From Thermomicrobiales bacterium (GTDB taxonomy: Bacteria > Chloroflexota > Chloroflexia > Thermomicrobiales > UBA6265): DNA of 64,000 bases. A model generated the notes under the pieces. It saw nothing but the letters and a program-made list of their open reading frames with translations. It was not told the DNA's origin and made no database searches. Where the stretch lies: positions 2 to 64,001 of the forward strand of contig JAWKPF010000016.1 of the NCBI GenBank assembly GCA_041390825.1. Reading direction: 5' to 3'. Shown here piece by piece: positions 42,424-51,505 of this stretch; position 1 is the first letter of the stretch; every line of letters starts with the position of its first letter. Made by a program: the position numbers and the translations under genes.

Positions 42424-42499
42424 CGACGTTGGAGATAATGCATGCGGCGCCATCATCGTCTTGTTGCCATCGTCGAACGGATGAACCGCGAAACACTCC

Positions 42500-45061
42500 A
42501 TGTCAACTAAGTCGAATTTTGCCGATCCCCTGTCAGGATTCCCCGTCTATCTGACCCGGTTTGTCGGGCGGGAATCCGCTCTCGACCAGCTTGCACAGCT
42601 GCTGGCCGATCCATCGCTACGCGCGATCACACTCGTCGGACCAGGGGGAGTCGGCAAGACCCGGCTGGCGGTCGAATCGGTTCGGCGAGCATTCGCGACA
42701 CTGGACAGCGAGGTCCGTTTCATCGATGGAGCGATGCTCGCCGATCCCGCGCTCCTGCTTCCGGAGATCGCCGACCGGCTCCAGATCGATCGTTCGGATG
42801 GCAAGCCGGTTGGCGAGCAGATCTCGGAAGCGCTCGCGGGACGATCCGTGCTGTTGGTGATCGACAATATGGAGCATCTCCTCCCGGGCGCCATCGATAT
42901 TGCGGCGTTGCTGAGGGCGTTGCCTCGCTTGCGGGTGCTCGCAACCAGCCGCTCGTCGCTGCACATCGCGGGAGAACTCGTGATTGCCGTCGAACCATTG
43001 GCAACTCAGCCAGCGGGATCGGGGACAGGCGAGCTCTCGGTGGCTGGGAAGTTGTTCCTGGATCGGGCTGCGCGCGGAGGCCAGCCAGTTGCCCTGGACA
43101 AGCGCAATGCCGCCATCATCGAAACGATCTGCACCCATCTCGACGGATTGCCGCTGGCCATCGAGCTGGCCGCTGCCCGACTGCGCATGTTGTCCCTGCC
43201 AGCGCTTCGGCAAGCGTTGACGCGGCAGCTTGCGATCCTCACCGGCGGACCAGCCGATGTCTCCGAACGTCACCAGACGCTGCGTGGCGCAATTGTCTGG
43301 AGCTACCACCTCCTCGCCGAAGACGATCGGCGGTTGCTGCGTGAGCTTGGCGTTTTCGTCGATTCGTTCACGCTCGAAGCTGCGCGGGTGGTGTGCACAC
43401 CGCCCGATCGCGAGATCGAGGAGGTGCTCGAGTCGATTTACGATCAGGCGTTGCTGGCGCGACTCGATGACGATATCGATGGGCAGCCCCGGTTTCGCAT
43501 GCTGACCTCGATTCGCGACTTTGCCATCGAGCAGCTTCGCGCCTTGGGCGACGAAGCGGTTCTCCGTGCCCGGCATGCTGCGTGGTTTCTGGAGCTTGTG
43601 GAATCCCTCGTGCCAAACCTGCATGGGGAAGGCCAGCATTCGGCGGTCGTCCGTCTGGACAGGATGTCTCCGAATGTGCGCCAGGCATTCACATTTTTCC
43701 TCGAGGAGCGCGATCAGACGGGCGCATTGCGTTTGGCCGTGGCGTTGCAACGCTACTGGCGGATTCGGGCGCTTTGGGACGAGGGGAGGGATGCGTTCAC
43801 CGCGGCCATGGCGCTTGGCGAAGCAGAACCCACCCGTCTTTGGGCGAATGCCTTGCGTGGGGCAGCGGTTTGCGCCGAGTTGCAGTTCGATCACGATTCC
43901 GCGCTCGACCTGAATCGGCGCGCCATTGCGGCGTGGGAGAGCCTGGGAGATCGAACCGGGATGGCTCTCTCACTCATCGATTACGGAAACGTGAACAACA
44001 ACCTGGGACGGTTCGACGAAGCGATCGCGGCGTTCGAACGGGCCGCCGAGCTGGCGAGCGAGGGAGAGCGACGAACGATGGGGGTCGCGCGCGCGTCGAT
44101 GGCCAGCGCGATGCTGCGCAAGGGCGCGCTGGAGGATGCGGACCGGGCGCATCGGGACATTGCTTCCCTTCTGCGCGAGATCGACGATCCCAGCCTGCTG
44201 GCGACCTTTCTTTCGAACAATGCGGTCGTTCGACAACGGCTTGGCGAGGTGAACGAGGCGCAGGAGCTGCTGAACGAGTGCCTGGAGATTCAGGGGCGTC
44301 TCGGTGACGAATACGGTATGAGCGTGACACTGGTGAACCTGGCCGATCTGCAGCTCGACCCGATGACTACCGTTCGGTACGCGTCAGAGGCGCTGCAGAT
44401 TGCGTCACGCATCTCGGCGTTCGACGTGTTGGCGGCAGCGAATGTCAATCTCGGTGATGCAGCCCTTGCCATCGGTGATGTCTCGACCGTTGCAGCGAAC
44501 TACATCGAGGCGCTCGATCGATATGCCACCATCGGAGACGAGCTGGGGCAAGCCGATGTGATTGGTCTCATTGGCGCGTGGGCTGTCGAAACGAATCCGG
44601 ACGTGGCAACGCGGCTCATTGGGGCGGCACAGGCCGCCTATGCCCGGAACTGCGTCAACCCGACCAGCCCACAGGCGAAACGCGCGGCTGACCTGCAGGA
44701 TCGGCTGCGAACATCCCTGGGACGAGAAGCGTTCGAGCGGGAGCGGGCGGTTGGGCAGGCATGGGAGATGGACGACGCCGTGCTGGAAGCGCTTGCCATC
44801 GCGCGCGCGGAGCGTGAGCGAACGCCGGCGTCCAGGGTCGGGCAAGGCGACGCATCGTACGGCAACCTGACTCCGCGAGAGCTCGATGTGTTGCGGCTGC
44901 TCGCGGACGGAAAGTCGAATCGCCAGATCGCCAGTACGCTCTTCATCACTCTGAAGACCGCCGATCACCATGTCGCCCGTATCCTGGCCAAGCTCGAATG
45001 CCGCAACCGCGCGGCGGCCGTTGCGTTGGCCTATCAACACGGGCTTGTGGTGGCGCGTTGA
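42500..45061 (+). CDS. AAA-ATPase/TPR/LuxR-HTH transcriptional regulator (853 aa, intact)
   Basis: The N-terminus reads LTRFVGRESALDQLAQLL...ITLVGPGGVGKTRLA (Walker A), followed by LLVIDNMEHLL (Walker B-like) and a TPR-like middle region. The C-terminus reads LTPRELDVLRLLADGKSNRQIASTLFITLKTADHHVARILAKL. Confidence 0.85.
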   Translation: MSTKSNFADPLSGFPVYLTRFVGRESALDQLAQLLADPSLRAITLVGPGGVGKTRLAVESVRRAFATLDSEVRFIDGAMLADPALLLPEIADRLQIDRSDGKPVGEQISEALAGRSVLLVIDNMEHLLPGAIDIAALLRALPRLRVLATSRSSLHIAGELVIAVEPLATQPAGSGTGELSVAGKLFLDRAARGGQPVALDKRNAAIIETICTHLDGLPLAIELAAARLRMLSLPALRQALTRQLAILTGGPADVSERHQTLRGAIVWSYHLLAEDDRRLLRELGVFVDSFTLEAARVVCTPPDREIEEVLESIYDQALLARLDDDIDGQPRFRMLTSIRDFAIEQLRALGDEAVLRARHAAWFLELVESLVPNLHGEGQHSAVVRLDRMSPNVRQAFTFFLEERDQTGALRLAVALQRYWRIRALWDEGRDAFTAAMALGEAEPTRLWANALRGAAVCAELQFDHDSALDLNRRAIAAWESLGDRTGMALSLIDYGNVNNNLGRFDEAIAAFERAAELASEGERRTMGVARASMASAMLRKGALEDADRAHRDIASLLREIDDPSLLATFLSNNAVVRQRLGEVNEAQELLNECLEIQGRLGDEYGMSVTLVNLADLQLDPMTTVRYASEALQIASRISAFDVLAAANVNLGDAALAIGDVSTVAANYIEALDRYATIGDELGQADVIGLIGAWAVETNPDVATRLIGAAQAAYARNCVNPTSPQAKRAADLQDRLRTSLGREAFERERAVGQAWEMDDAVLEALAIARAERERTPASRVGQGDASYGNLTPRELDVLRLLADGKSNRQIASTLFITLKTADHHVARILAKLECRNRAAAVALAYQHGLVVAR

Positions 45062-45062
45062 C

Positions 45063-47033
45063 TTACTGGCTCGCGCGGAAGAGCCCTCGGGTTCCGCTTG
45101 CGGTGTCCGAAGAGGGGGCAGCGATTTCGGCATCGCGCTCGCTTACTGACCGCCCTACGCGATAGTCCGGTTTCGGCTCCTCGTCCGGCGACCATGGCCG
45201 CAAACCAGCCTGCAACGCCGGGGCAGCATCATCCGGGCCGCCGATCTTGAAGCGCATGCCCTTGAGATCGGCAACGATCTGTTCGAGCTCCCCCCTGGTC
45301 ATCGTCAGTTTGGCGTGTTGATCGCGCACGAAACGGGAATAGGGGGCGATGGCGCTTTCCATCCGATTGACCGAACGCTGCAGCTCGTGCTCGAACTGTT
45401 CGTTCATGACCGAGATCAGGTTTTGCTCCAGTTCGGTCGAACGCTTGCGGAACTCTTCCCGTGTTTGCTTGCGCTTGCGTGGCAGGATGAACAACCCAAG
45501 TCCGGCCAGCAGGCTGGCGGCCACGATACCCGTCACATCGACCGCGACGGTGCTTGCCGCAGCCACAACCAGCGCTCCGAGCCCGATTGCGCCGACTTCA
45601 GCAATCGCAGTTTGCGCGACGGCATTGCGCACCGAGAGCGAGAGATCGTTGGCCGATTTGTCCGGGTCGTAGCGATCGACCTCCTCCTGCGCGCGCTTCG
45701 ACACCGAATCGAGCAATGCCCGCCGGTCGTAGCGGAACTGGCTGCTCACCTCGCCCACCATCTGGTCTTCGTACTGCGCCAGGCGACGCCGGTCGAGATA
45801 GCCATTGATCGCTTCCCAGGTGCGCAGATCCTGTTCCACCATCCAGTCGATCAACTCGTTGACGGTTGCGTCGATCTCCTCTTCGGTATCGCCGACCACC
45901 TTTCGCTCGAACTCGGCTTTGATCTTGTCCTTGTTCATCAGGTCGATCACGCGCCCGATGCGGATCGTGTCTTCGAAGAAATCGTCGCCGCGGGCGTTCA
46001 TCTTGCCGATGATGTTCTCGATCCGGTCGAGGTGATAGGCGAACTGCTTGCGCATGTCCTCCTGATAGAGCTCGAGCTGCCGGTCGATGGTGCGCAGCGT
46101 ATCGATATCCTCGGTCAGGACCGCCAGGCGCTCATTCGTCGTCTTCAGGTAGACATCGGCCAGGTGCTGCGCGGTGCCCAGCGGGCTCAGCAGCTTGAGG
46201 CGAATGCGCCCCTCTTCGTCCAATGTCTCGAAGATGTAGTTCTGCAGGTTGCCAAACCGGCTCTCTTCCCACAGCCGCTGGCTTTCGGTCAGATTGCGGT
46301 CGGCCAGCTCGTTTGCCTGCTGGGCCTGCAATGCCGACACCGGGAAGATCTCGGGAGCGATGCCGAGCAGGCGCGAAATGTTCGTATCGACGAACTCGAT
46401 GACTTGCTTGACGCTCGCCTGATCGCGCAGGAGGTCGATCTTGTTGATGACCACCACGATCTTCTTGCCCCAGTCCTTTACCCCCTCCATGAACTCGCGT
46501 TCCGATTCGGTGAATGGCCGGTCAGCCGAGGTGACGAAGAAGACGATATCGGAACGGGGAACGAACTTCTGGGTCAGTGCTTCGTGTTCGCGGATGATGG
46601 CGTTCGTGCCGGGAGTATCGACCACGGTGATATCGATCAGGAACGGCGCGGGATAGGTCCGCTCGATGCTCCCATCGCCCAATCGTCTATCGCCAATACG
46701 CTCGCCGTAGGTGAGGATGTTGATGACCGCGGTGGTAGGCGTCACGCCTTCCGGCAGAATCTGGCCGCCGATGAGCGCATTGATGAAGGCCGACTTCCCG
46801 GCGTTGAACTCGCCCACCACCACCAGCATAAAGAGCGATGTGAGCTGCTCCTTCGCATCCGCGATCTGCCGGCGGTCTTCCTCGGTGGCGGGGTAGTCGT
46901 CGAGCAATACCGCAAGCCGAGTGAGGATGGACAGTTCCTCGTCGACCAGCTCGTGCTGCCGGTCGGACAACACTACGCTCGATTGCTCTGCCGCTCCTGG
47001 AGCGCCACGTCTTCGGCGAAAAAGATCTCTCAT
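45063..47033 (-). CDS. bacterial dynamin-like GTPase (656 aa)
   Basis: ATG 47033. The G motifs are VVVGEFNAGKSAFINAL (G1), VVDTPGTNA (G3) and VVINKIDLL (G4). A predicted TM/paddle segment reads AIAEVGAIGLGALVVAAASTVAVDVTGIVAASLLAGLGLFILP. Confidence 0.85.
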   Translation of the reverse strand: MRDLFRRRRGAPGAAEQSSVVLSDRQHELVDEELSILTRLAVLLDDYPATEEDRRQIADAKEQLTSLFMLVVVGEFNAGKSAFINALIGGQILPEGVTPTTAVINILTYGERIGDRRLGDGSIERTYPAPFLIDITVVDTPGTNAIIREHEALTQKFVPRSDIVFFVTSADRPFTESEREFMEGVKDWGKKIVVVINKIDLLRDQASVKQVIEFVDTNISRLLGIAPEIFPVSALQAQQANELADRNLTESQRLWEESRFGNLQNYIFETLDEEGRIRLKLLSPLGTAQHLADVYLKTTNERLAVLTEDIDTLRTIDRQLELYQEDMRKQFAYHLDRIENIIGKMNARGDDFFEDTIRIGRVIDLMNKDKIKAEFERKVVGDTEEEIDATVNELIDWMVEQDLRTWEAINGYLDRRRLAQYEDQMVGEVSSQFRYDRRALLDSVSKRAQEEVDRYDPDKSANDLSLSVRNAVAQTAIAEVGAIGLGALVVAAASTVAVDVTGIVAASLLAGLGLFILPRKRKQTREEFRKRSTELEQNLISVMNEQFEHELQRSVNRMESAIAPYSRFVRDQHAKLTMTRGELEQIVADLKGMRFKIGGPDDAAPALQAGLRPWSPDEEPKPDYRVGRSVSERDAEIAAPSSDTASGTRGLFRASQ

Positions 47034-47045
47034 GCGAACAGGTCC

Positions 47046-48230
47046 TTAGCGCGCTGGATCGAGCCGGGCATACGCTGGAAACGGATCGGGTCCGAGCAGG
47101 GGAAGCGCATACGCCGCGAACGCATTCGTAGGCGCCAGCTTCCGGTCGTCAAAGTATGCCTGAGGAAGCGACCGCACGCGATTCGCTACCTCACCGAGGT
47201 CGACATACCGTGTGGTGAATGCTGGCGGGAACGCCGCATCGCGCTCGATAGCGGCCATGACTCCGCCTTGTCCGCGCGCAATGGCCGCGACCGCCGCTCG
47301 TCCGCTCTCGTAGGCAAGGCGTTGGTCGGTTGGCGATGCGAGCGATATCGACATCCGGGTCGCCGAACCAGGCCGTTCGACCCGGGCGCGAACACCGGTC
47401 GCGGCTCGCAGCTGCCGCGCCAACCCTTCGCCTGCGGAGGAGAAGTAGGGATGGCCAAATGGATCGATGTACTCCGGTTCGTTCCCGCCCAGGTGATTGC
47501 CGCTGGAATCGCGCAATGTTTCCGGCACGATCGCGACCGCGAATCCAAGCGATGCAACCCGGTCCATCAAGGCGGTCACCATTGCCTCTGCTGAAGCTGG
47601 CGGCGCTTCGGGAAGAAAGACGAGTGGCTGCAGGTCGGTATCGTGCTCGGCAAACCCGAGCGACCCGCTCAATGGCAACCATCCCGCATCGCGGCCGGGA
47701 ACCTCGATCAGCTTGACGGGGTAGAGGTTGGGAGCCGAAAGGGAGTCCCAGGTTGCATCCCGCACCAGATTGGCAAGGAACTTCGCGGCGGAGGGGAAGC
47801 CTGGGCAGAAATCGGTCCCGATCAGGTCGTTGTCGACTGTCTTTGGCGCGAGCACGGCAGGAAGCGCTCCCTGCGCGCGCTCACTGAGTTTGCGTGCCGA
47901 ATCGGCCGAGTCGTTCCCGCCGATCAGCACGATCCCGCGCACGTAATGGGCGCGTGCAATCGCTATTGCCCGATCCAGCTGCTCCTCGTTCATTTTGAGT
48001 CGGCTCGTGCCCAGGGCTGAGCCCGGCGTGGCTCGCAGCCGGGCGAGCTCTGGCGTCCCAAGGTTGGTCAGGTCGACGAACGCCTCGTCCAGGAACCCAG
48101 CCATGCCGTTGCGCATGCCGAGCACGCGAGCGAAGTGACCGAGTCCGGCTTCGACCGCTCCGGCGAGCGACGCATTGATGACCGCGGTGGCGCCGCCGGA
48201 TTGCCCGATCAGCAGCGTGCCTTGTCTCAT
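47046..48230 (-). CDS. pfp: phosphofructokinase, PPi-dependent-type signature
   Basis: ATG 48230 gives MRQGTLLIGQSGGATAVINASL. The motifs IVLIGGNDSADSA and APKTVDNDL place Asp and Lys at the positions equivalent to E. coli PfkA Gly104 and Gly124. That pattern is generally associated with PPi-dependent enzymes. The longer ORF-track start (48383) overlaps the upstream gene and is rejected. Confidence 0.8.
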   Translation of the reverse strand: MRQGTLLIGQSGGATAVINASLAGAVEAGLGHFARVLGMRNGMAGFLDEAFVDLTNLGTPELARLRATPGSALGTSRLKMNEEQLDRAIAIARAHYVRGIVLIGGNDSADSARKLSERAQGALPAVLAPKTVDNDLIGTDFCPGFPSAAKFLANLVRDATWDSLSAPNLYPVKLIEVPGRDAGWLPLSGSLGFAEHDTDLQPLVFLPEAPPASAEAMVTALMDRVASLGFAVAIVPETLRDSSGNHLGGNEPEYIDPFGHPYFSSAGEGLARQLRAATGVRARVERPGSATRMSISLASPTDQRLAYESGRAAVAAIARGQGGVMAAIERDAAFPPAFTTRYVDLGEVANRVRSLPQAYFDDRKLAPTNAFAAYALPLLGPDPFPAYARLDPAR

Positions 48231-48243
48231 GCGATCGATCCAA

Positions 48244-48837
48244 TCAATCGATGGGGGTTCCAACGAGGTGCGTGCGCGGCGATTCCAGCAGCCAGACGGC
48301 ATAGGCTGCCCGCTGTTCCACGCGTTCTTCCCAGTCCTCGGGAAGGTAGAAAACCGCCTCGATTTGTGACGCATCCAGCCCAAGGAGCGCCGCCACTCGC
48401 TCTTGCGCGGCGTCGATCTGTTCCAGAGGGATCTCTCCGATCAGCACGAGCGGGATCGAGCCTTCCGCGCCCGACACCGCGGACTGCGTCAGCGGCAAAG
48501 TCGCAGCGATGAACGCGGATTCCAGCCCCGGAATCTCGTCCAGTGTGCTGCGGAGCACCTCGGCTGGTTCCAGCGCGCTCACGACCAGGGCAGTCAATTC
48601 CCGGATCGAGGGACCCTCGGGGTTGACCCGATAGCGCCGTGAAGCGCCCTCACGTTGCGAGACCAGAATGCCCAACCGCTCCAGCTTGTAGCACTCATGT
48701 TGCAACGAACTGATCGGGAGCTCCAGGATGCGTGAGAACTCGGTGAGGGAATAGGCGAGATGGGGTCGCGGAATCGTCTGGCCCAGCACCGCAGCGCGGA
48801 CCTTCGACGCGAAAAGCTCTGAAAGGAATTCGTTCAA
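48244..48837 (-). CDS. winged-helix (ArsR/MarR-like) regulator with C-terminal domain
   Basis: ORF 48244..48837 reads LFASKVRAAVLGQTI...YSLTEFSRILELPISSLQHECYKLERLGILVSQREGASRRYRVN. It is the first gene of the pfp/dynamin operon. Confidence 0.7.
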   Translation of the reverse strand: MNEFLSELFASKVRAAVLGQTIPRPHLAYSLTEFSRILELPISSLQHECYKLERLGILVSQREGASRRYRVNPEGPSIRELTALVVSALEPAEVLRSTLDEIPGLESAFIAATLPLTQSAVSGAEGSIPLVLIGEIPLEQIDAAQERVAALLGLDASQIEAVFYLPEDWEERVEQRAAYAVWLLESPRTHLVGTPID

Positions 48838-48875
48838 GGCGACTCGCCACCCGCGAATCTGACGACGATCTGTCC

Positions 48876-48908
48876 TTACGATCGAATCGTAACACGAAAT
48901 AGTCGTGT
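48876..48908. promoter_or_regulatory. two adjacent palindromes upstream of the wHTH regulator
   Basis: TTACGATcgaATCGTAA lies at 48876-48892 and ACACGAaatagTCGTGT at 48892-48908. Both were read directly, 40-70 nt upstream of ATG 48837. Confidence 0.35.
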
Positions 48909-49006
48909 ACGTATGCGGGTGAACGCGATCATGGGAACCGGAATAGCGGAGATTGCCACGAACCGGGGCGTGTCCGGTTCAGCGCCTGTCGGTTGATGCC
49001 GTGGCC

Positions 49007-49486
49007 TTATCTCCCAACCCCGCCGCCGTCCTTCACCCGGAATGTCGTCGCTCCGCAGTTCGGGCACTTCAGGGGGCGCAGCAGTCCCGGCTCCTGCGTG
49101 CCGCATCGCTCGCAGACCCAGATCGTGCGGGCATAGCGGCGCATCAGCTCGCGACGGGTCACGATGCCGATGAGTTGACCATCGTGCACGACGGGCAACT
49201 GGCGCACACCGTGGAGACCCATCAGTTCGATCAACTCGCCCACCGGCGCCATCTCTTGCACCGTGATCACACCGCGGCTCATGATGCTTCCGGCGGTGAG
49301 GCCGCGTTTGCTGATGATGTCGTATTCGGTCACCATGCCGACCAGCTTCTGCTCGTCGTCCAGCACCGGCATGCCACCCAAATCGTGCGATTCCAGCACG
49401 GCGATGACGTCCGCCACGGGCGCCTCGGCGGTCACGACCGGCACGTCGGTCAGCATCACATCACGCGCGTTCAGCGCAGTTTCCAT
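49007..49486 (-). CDS. CBS-pair protein with C-terminal zinc ribbon
   Basis: ATG 49486 gives METALNARDVMLTDVPVVT. There are two CBS motifs (GGMPVLDDEQKLVGMVTEYDI ; GVRQLPVVHDGQLIGIVTRREL). The C-terminus reads CERCGTQEPGLLRPLKCPNCG. Confidence 0.8.
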   Translation of the reverse strand: METALNARDVMLTDVPVVTAEAPVADVIAVLESHDLGGMPVLDDEQKLVGMVTEYDIISKRGLTAGSIMSRGVITVQEMAPVGELIELMGLHGVRQLPVVHDGQLIGIVTRRELMRRYARTIWVCERCGTQEPGLLRPLKCPNCGATTFRVKDGGGVGR

Positions 49487-49573
49487 AGGAGTTCGCCTCT
49501 CAGACGCAGACTGCGTTCTTTCGGCGAAAAGTGTACCGTTACGCGGGAAACGGACATCGTTCGGGAGCCTCGA

Positions 49574-49763
49574 AATGCCGCGACCAACGCAACCCGCGGA
49601 ACACGCCATTCGCCCTGTCATCCTGAGCGAAGCCGAAGGATCTCCTCGCCGCAGCGAGTGTGCTTGGCAAGCCCGGCTCAAGCGCGGGTGGGCGCGCCGA
49701 ATCAGCTAGCAGAAGGAGCGTTCCGAATGCCGCGACCAACGCAACCCGCGGAACACGCCATTC
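49574..49763 (+). repeat. perfect 38-bp direct repeat (49574-49611 = 49726-49763) flanking a 114-bp insert
   Basis: The sequence aatgccgcgaccaacgcaacccgcggaacacgccattc occurs twice. The second copy carries the padR start codon and its first 12 codons. The insert contains gtcatcctgagcgaagccgaaggatctc. Confidence 0.95.
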
Positions 49764-50254
49764 TCGGTCTGCTCTATTTCGAGCAGGAAGGCGGTCACGG
49801 CTACGATCTGGCGCGTCATTTCGGCGACGATCAGCCGCTTGGCGACATCCTCAAGCTCGAACCGGGCATGCTCTATCACCACTTGAAGAAGCTGGCCCGC
49901 ACCGGTTGGGTCACGGTCGATATCGAGCCCCAGGGAACCCGGCCCCCGCGTCAGATCTATACGCTGACCGACGAAGGCAAGGCCGAACTGCTGAATTGGC
50001 TGCGCGAACCGGTGGGACATACCCGCGAGATCCGGCTCGAGTTCCTGGTCAAGCTCTATTTCGCCCGCCAACTCGATCCGGCGCTTGCCTCGGACCTCAT
50101 TCGCGGACAGCTCGACAGGAGCCGCGAGGTGGAAGCCAATCTCCAGGCTCGCCTGGCGGAATCGACTGCTGGTGCAGATGACTTTGGCCGTCAGGTGCTC
50201 GATCTCCGTCTCTTGCAGACGCGCGCGGCGATTTCCTGGCTCGAATCGCTTTAG
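49727..50254 (+). CDS. PadR-family transcriptional regulator
   Basis: An AGAAGGAG SD precedes ATG 49727, which gives AILGLLYFEQEGGHGYDLARHF...LKLEPGMLYHHLKKLARTGWVTV...RQIYTLTDEGKAEL. Confidence 0.85.
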   Translation: MPRPTQPAEHAILGLLYFEQEGGHGYDLARHFGDDQPLGDILKLEPGMLYHHLKKLARTGWVTVDIEPQGTRPPRQIYTLTDEGKAELLNWLREPVGHTREIRLEFLVKLYFARQLDPALASDLIRGQLDRSREVEANLQARLAESTAGADDFGRQVLDLRLLQTRAAISWLESL

Positions 50255-50461
50255 CCCCATCGTTTGGGCACAAGGCTCGCCTGACGATAACGTGACCATC
50301 CCCACTTGCCCCGTTCACAGTTGGGCACGTTTCGCGCGTTCACCTGCGCGGGTCGATGGGGACCGTCCCAACTTTCCATATGGGACAATACCGACTAGCT
50401 ACCGAATCGCTCCTTCGACCCCAGGACTGCCAGACGAAGGAATCGCGCCGAGAGGAATTCC

Positions 50462-51409
50462 ATGGACGCAAAGATGCTCGACTACGCATTTTTCGAGGGC
50501 AAGATCGTTCCGTTCTCCGAAGCGAACGTGAGCATCGGCACCCACGCGCTGCAATATGGCACCGGAGCATTTGCCGGTGTGCGCGGCTATCTGGACCAGG
50601 ACGGCGCCACGATCAACATCTTTCGCTTGCCGGAGCACGCCGCTCGTCTCGCCAATTCCGCCAAGCTGTTGCGCATGGAGCTTCCCTACGATGCCGATGA
50701 CATGGCGCGCATCATCATCGAGCTAACCGAGAAGAATGCCCCGTCCGGCGATATCTACATCCGTCCATTTCTCTACAAACCGGCCGTCCAGCTCACCCCG
50801 CGCTTGCGGGGCATCGGCGACGAGTTCGCGGTCTATCAGATGCCGATGGGCGATTACCTGTCGCTCGACCGGGGGCAGAAGGCGGTCATTTCCTCGTGGG
50901 TTCGCATTCCGGATGCCGCTATCCCGAGCCGCGGCAAGCTCTCTGGCGCCTATGTGAATTCCGCGTTCGCCAAGGATGAGGCGGTCGAGAACGGCGCCGA
51001 TGAGGCGATCATGATGAACACAGCCGGAAAGATCGCCGAGGGAAGCGGTTGCAACCTCTTCATCGTGCGGCACGACCGGTTGATCACCCCGCCGTTCTCG
51101 AGCGACATCCTGGAAGGCGTCACCCGCCGCTCGATCCTGAAGATGGCCAGGAGTGCCGGGATCGATATCGAGGTGCGCGAGATCGACCGCACCGAGCTCT
51201 ACATCGCGGATGAAGCCTTCTTCTGCGGCACTGGGGTGCAGATCGCCTGGATCGAGTCGGTGGACGGCCGCACGATCGGTAGCGGCAAGGTGGGACCGAT
51301 CACGGACCAACTGCGCACGATCTTTTTCGATACAGTCCGCGGCAAGAACCAGCAGTATGCGCACTGGCTCACACAAGTGAAGATTCCGCAGGTCGCAATG
51401 GCGGGCTAA
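50462..51409 (+). CDS. ilvE: branched-chain amino acid aminotransferase
   Basis: A GAGAGGA SD precedes ATG 50462. The sequence reads FFEGKIVPFSEANVSIGTHALQYGTGAFAGVRGY...IYIRPFLY...AGKIAEGSGCNLFIV...ILEGVTRRSIL, consistent with the class IV aminotransferase fold. Confidence 0.9.
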   Translation: MDAKMLDYAFFEGKIVPFSEANVSIGTHALQYGTGAFAGVRGYLDQDGATINIFRLPEHAARLANSAKLLRMELPYDADDMARIIIELTEKNAPSGDIYIRPFLYKPAVQLTPRLRGIGDEFAVYQMPMGDYLSLDRGQKAVISSWVRIPDAAIPSRGKLSGAYVNSAFAKDEAVENGADEAIMMNTAGKIAEGSGCNLFIVRHDRLITPPFSSDILEGVTRRSILKMARSAGIDIEVREIDRTELYIADEAFFCGTGVQIAWIESVDGRTIGSGKVGPITDQLRTIFFDTVRGKNQQYAHWLTQVKIPQVAMAG

Positions 51410-51448
51410 CCCGGAGCACGCGGCACGCGGCCGGCAGCATGCAGCATT

Positions 51449-51483
51449 ACGGGGCGGTAACGATGCCGCCCCGTTTCGCATTT
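51449..51483 (+). terminator. intrinsic terminator after ilvE
   Basis: The hairpin is ACGGGGCGGtaacgatgCCGCCCCGT followed by ttcgcattt. Confidence 0.6.
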
Positions 51484-51505
51484 ACGAACGCTCGCGTCGC
51501 AGGGC

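Noticed and set aside
42617-43894. 425-aa minus-strand ORF
   Set aside because: It is antisense to the intact AAA/TPR/LuxR regulator.
45315-47594. 759-aa plus-strand ORF, the longest after the LuxR gene
   Set aside because: It is antisense to the dynamin-like GTPase and pfp genes. Those genes carry clear G1/G3/G4 and PFK motifs on the minus strand, and this ORF has no recognisable domain.
48953-50254. 433-aa ORF as one CDS
   Set aside because: Only the last 175 codons (PadR, from ATG 49727) are real. The rest is antisense to the CBS gene plus the duplicated leader.
50255-50461. T-box or other leader upstream of ilvE
   Set aside because: I could not find a T-box consensus, specifier-loop features or a terminator/antiterminator pair. 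There are only short chance palindromes.
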